Assembly: GCA_037446635.1 (NCBI GenBank)
Contig: JBBIIG010000006.1
Coordinates: 1-64,000, forward strand
Reading direction: 5' to 3'
DNA: 64,000 bases
Source of the DNA: a bacterium
GTDB taxonomy: Bacteria; Zhuqueibacterota; Zhuqueibacteria; Oceanimicrobiales; Oceanimicrobiaceae
The first letter of the stretch is position 1; the number at the start of each line of letters is the position of its first letter. Shown one piece after another: positions 61,901-64,000 of this stretch. Under the pieces are notes generated by a model that did no database searches, was not told the origin of the DNA, and saw only the letters and a list, made by a program, of their open reading frames with translations. A program made the translations under genes and the position numbers.

Positions 61901-61962
61901 TGGGCTTCCAGTTGTTTGGCGATCCCCGCCAGATCCGTGTGGGTGCACGGGTTGAATTATGA
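58909..61962 (+). CDS. TonB-dependent receptor with carboxypeptidase-regulatory-like N-terminal domain
   Basis: Signal peptide; GKIRGKVTD..LPGANV; plug IRGGR..AEFG; SPRLGFAFPVT; C-terminal PRQIRVGARVEL. Confidence 0.94.
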   Translation: MKQKLFIVVVAVLVLPALLYAQTGKIRGKVTDRETGDALPGANVVVVGTSLGAATDVSGEYVILNVPVGTYAVKAAYIGYRDVTIENIRVNSDLTTEVEFGLPSEAIEVSEISIVAERPLVNKNATNAVRIQGYEEIKNLPVRGVNAAIALQPGVVVQDGITYIRGGRRDEVGYFLEGANVRDADTGNPSITVIPEALEEFQIQAGGYTAEFGGANAGIIRTNLKSGGPDYHFVLQGETDDFAGHGDKFLDTFSYGYRDFTATVSGPVPGFGKNLRFFLAGQRVLETDRIARFFNGFNFQHSETVNIPEGQVGVGSFPLILEQNRDPDLEALIQERGLVMSDGNVPDSDREQWIANGTLVYDAKPFIFRLGGSYSWRKQTEVPVNFVGKIFNTVRNEQEELKTGLLNLKVTHLLTSRSFYEVNLNVFQRKEDSYDSILKDDFLAYWDSTANAAHGIQFFSRNSPWRGGTNFMEIYGFDFEAPGSPINSDFTKARRSYIGGSFAFTTQTRQHELKLGVSYERWTARNYDVSERAMLVGIQANPDLEARARAGDPEALGQLRVLAGAPMRLTYGYDVFGNEIDGPKPDGPRHPKYFSAYVQDKFELSDLVINAGVRIDVIDNDDITFPDPTNPPWDQSIFGLDASQLQEKDADVEISPRLGFAFPVTDRTVFHLQYGRFVQAPRLTDLYNGNAWYDAIFTGGTSFQTNVVGIGLKPEVTTQYEVGFSQQFTDNAAFDVTAFYKNIRDQIQVSRVITQPTSAARPYNVLVNGDFATTSGVELSLTLRRTARTAAQINYTFSRSLGTGSIPNSAIANIELSQNTPTVISPLDFHRPHRGSFNIDYRFGRGDGGPILENLGANLLLTFSSGHPYTRASGSFGQQDESFGGVITDPRSRFPQENINASLTPWNWQINLRVDKTINFGRFNTNFYIYIQNLTNRRNVINVYNRTGNAYDDGFFVIDEAPSIIAAHGGDPFVALYRAINLNGNGLNFNRGEGNEFVGFQLFGDPRQIRVGARVEL

Positions 61963-61971
61963 TTGTGCTTT

Positions 61972-62000
61972 CGGCAGGCGCAGGTTACCAGCGCCTGCCG
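61972..62000 (+). other. Intergenic GC-rich stem-loop (attenuator or mRNA-stability hairpin)
   Basis: CGGCAGGCGC-N9-GCGCCTGCCG 10-bp stem; no U-tract on the + strand. Confidence 0.6.
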
Positions 62001-62049
62001 TAAAAATAATTTGGCAAATTTTCTTGATCATGTTTAAGGAGGCAGAATT

Positions 62050-64000
62050 ATGAGGAAATACTCAATACGTCTTCTCCTGCTTTTTGCCGCGCTGGTTTTT
62101 GCTTTTCACCAGGCTGCGGCGAAAGAAGATGGAGACTCGGGTCCCAAGCTGCGGTTGGCCAAGACCCTCCAGGGGGTTAACCGCACCTTGGTGAACATTG
62201 GTAATGTGGCCATGTGGATTTATGCCGATGGCACCTCCGCCAATGAGCCGGATGGCGACTCCGGGCTTTATTTCCCCCGCGGCCGCTTGTCCGCGACCGC
62301 GGCCATCTTCCAGGATGGATTTATCTGGGGAGGCCAGGTCAATGACGGCGTCACCCCGCGCATCCGGGTGGGTGGTCAAACTTATAGTATCGGCACCGTG
62401 CCGGGTAAGATTCTTTCCCCCGGTGTGGCGGAGCCGAAGAGTGATCCCAACATCAACCGCATCTGGCGGGTGCGGCGGGATTATCCCACTGCTGATTTGG
62501 CTTTAGACGCCGCCGAGGTGAACGAACTTTTAGCCGCGGACGTGACGGATGCGCAAATTGCAGCGGTGCGCGCACAGTATAAACAAGACTGGATCGACTG
62601 GCCGGCAGACCGCGGCGCGCCGTTTTATGATGTCGATGGCGACGGCCAATACAACCCCGGCTTCAGGATTAACGCCCAAGGGATTGAAGTTCCAAAATTG
62701 CGTCCCAATCCTGGCGAGGCATTCGATCCCAATCTTCACGCCGACGAACCGGGCTATGCCAACGGCGATCAAGTAGTTTGGTTTGTGGCCAATGATCTCG
62801 ATGTTGGCGCGGTAACCACTCTCTACGGCTCCCCCTCCATCGGTTTTGAGATGCAGGCAACCCTGTGGGCATACCGGCGCGCGGACGCCCTCGGCAATAT
62901 CATCTTTAAGCAATTCCGTATCATTTACAAGGGCACGGCTACCACGCCTGCCAACGCCACCATCGACAGCCTCTATTTCTGCCAGTGGTCGGACCCGGAT
63001 CTGGGAGATTTTGGCGATGACTTTGTAGGTACGGATACCACGTTGAGCTTGGGATATGCTTATAATGCCAGCTCGAGCGATCGCAACTACGCAGCGGTAG
63101 GCTTACCGCCGCCGGCTTCCGGTTACGACTTCTTCGCCGGCCCACTGGTGCCCGATCCCGACGGGGTGGCGATTTTTGGTTTGCAGCCGCGTCCGGGATT
63201 CCGCAACTTACCCATGAGCTCGTTTGCTTTCTTTGCCGCCGGGCAACGAGATACGGACCCCACGCGGGGTGGCGATTATAACGGCACCCTGCAGTGGTGG
63301 AACCTCTTGCGTGGCTTCCGGCCGCGGCCGGAAAACCCGCCGGAACCCTGGCGAGAGTTCGATGATCCGAATGGTAGACGTGTTTTCTTCCGTGTACCCG
63401 GTAATCCGGTTACCGGTGAAGGCTGGATCGATTCCAACCCAGGCGACCGCCGTCTGCTTTTGGTGACAGGACCCTTTACCATGGCCGTGGGCGACACCCA
63501 GGAAACCGTAGTGGCGGTGATGGCGGCTCTTGGTTCGGATAGGCTTTCCAGCATAACCGTGTTAAAATTCGTGGACCGCTTTGCCCAGGAAGCTTTCGAT
63601 AATTTATTTGAAGTCCCTTCGCCGCCGGAGACGCCGGTGGTGAGCGCCACGGAATTTAACGGCCAGATTTTGCTCAATTGGGGTGAAAATCCCTCAGCGG
63701 TGGCGGCAACCGAGCAAACCGATCGCGGCGGCTTCCTCTTTGAAGGATACAATGTGTATCAGTTGCCGACCGCCGGCGCGACCGTCGATCAGGGCATCCG
63801 CATTGCCACCTTTGACGTGGTCAATGAGGTTACGGTCATCACCCAGGAAACCTTTGACCAGACTTCGGGATTGATTCTCGAGTTGCCGGTACGATTTGGC
63901 ACCAACTCTGGCATCAGCCGCACCATCACCATTGACACCGACCGCATCCGCGGCTTGAATCTGATCAATGGCCAAACCTATTTCTTTGGGGTAACGGCCT
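62050..64000 (+). CDS. Large secreted hypothetical protein, TonB-receptor partner, truncated by the window end (not in ORF track)
   Basis: AAGGAGG SD; hand translation begins MRKYSIRLLLLFAALVFAFHQAAAKEDG...NIGNVAMWIYADG...GFIWGG; later PFYDVDGDGQY and WSDPDLGD; no stop seen before the end. Confidence 0.85.
   Translation, partial: MRKYSIRLLLLFAALVFAFHQAAAKEDGDSGPKLRLAKTLQGVNRTLVNIGNVAMWIYADGTSANEPDGDSGLYFPRGRLSATAAIFQDGFIWGGQVNDGVTPRIRVGGQTYSIGTVPGKILSPGVAEPKSDPNINRIWRVRRDYPTADLALDAAEVNELLAADVTDAQIAAVRAQYKQDWIDWPADRGAPFYDVDGDGQYNPGFRINAQGIEVPKLRPNPGEAFDPNLHADEPGYANGDQVVWFVANDLDVGAVTTLYGSPSIGFEMQATLWAYRRADALGNIIFKQFRIIYKGTATTPANATIDSLYFCQWSDPDLGDFGDDFVGTDTTLSLGYAYNASSSDRNYAAVGLPPPASGYDFFAGPLVPDPDGVAIFGLQPRPGFRNLPMSSFAFFAAGQRDTDPTRGGDYNGTLQWWNLLRGFRPRPENPPEPWREFDDPNGRRVFFRVPGNPVTGEGWIDSNPGDRRLLLVTGPFTMAVGDTQETVVAVMAALGSDRLSSITVLKFVDRFAQEAFDNLFEVPSPPETPVVSATEFNGQILLNWGENPSAVAATEQTDRGGFLFEGYNVYQLPTAGATVDQGIRIATFDVVNEVTVITQETFDQTSGLILELPVRFGTNSGISRTITIDTDRIRGLNLINGQTYFFGVTA

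Overview
A 64 kb, moderately GC-rich bacterial chromosomal segment. Its gene content (PorU/T9SS, a TonB-dependent receptor plus a partner protein, satellite EutN genes, SD-led genes) is most compatible with an FCB-group organism such as KSB1, Calditrichota or Ignavibacteria; this is inference only. Most genes are housekeeping or signalling: M16 and tricorn proteases, an NSS transporter with a small MetS-like subunit, holA, an ECF sigma/anti-sigma/HtrA-like operon, two EutN/CcmL genes, rdgB, tRNA-Pro, archease-rtcB, ligA, a large hybrid kinase, two sigma54 activators, mobA, plsC, porU, a B12 radical SAM enzyme, tRNA-Leu-tig-clpP-clpX-lon-engB, and a TonB receptor locus truncated at the right edge. 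I saw no CRISPR array, transposase, integrase or prophage. The most unusual stretch is 14-21 kb. It holds an HtrA-like protein missing all three catalytic residues, a 66-aa Cys-rich protein resembling DUF4295/bL38, two orphan BMC pentamer genes next to rdgB, a tRNA-Pro(TGG) copy with a 15-nt T-arm deletion upstream of archease-RtcB, and unannotated duplicated membrane micropeptides after rtcB. Elsewhere there is a tandem YjbQ-like protein, a shared ECF-type promoter motif before three envelope genes, and short palindromes apparently inserted in frame into coding sequences. All family assignments come from motif recognition by eye; no database searches were run.
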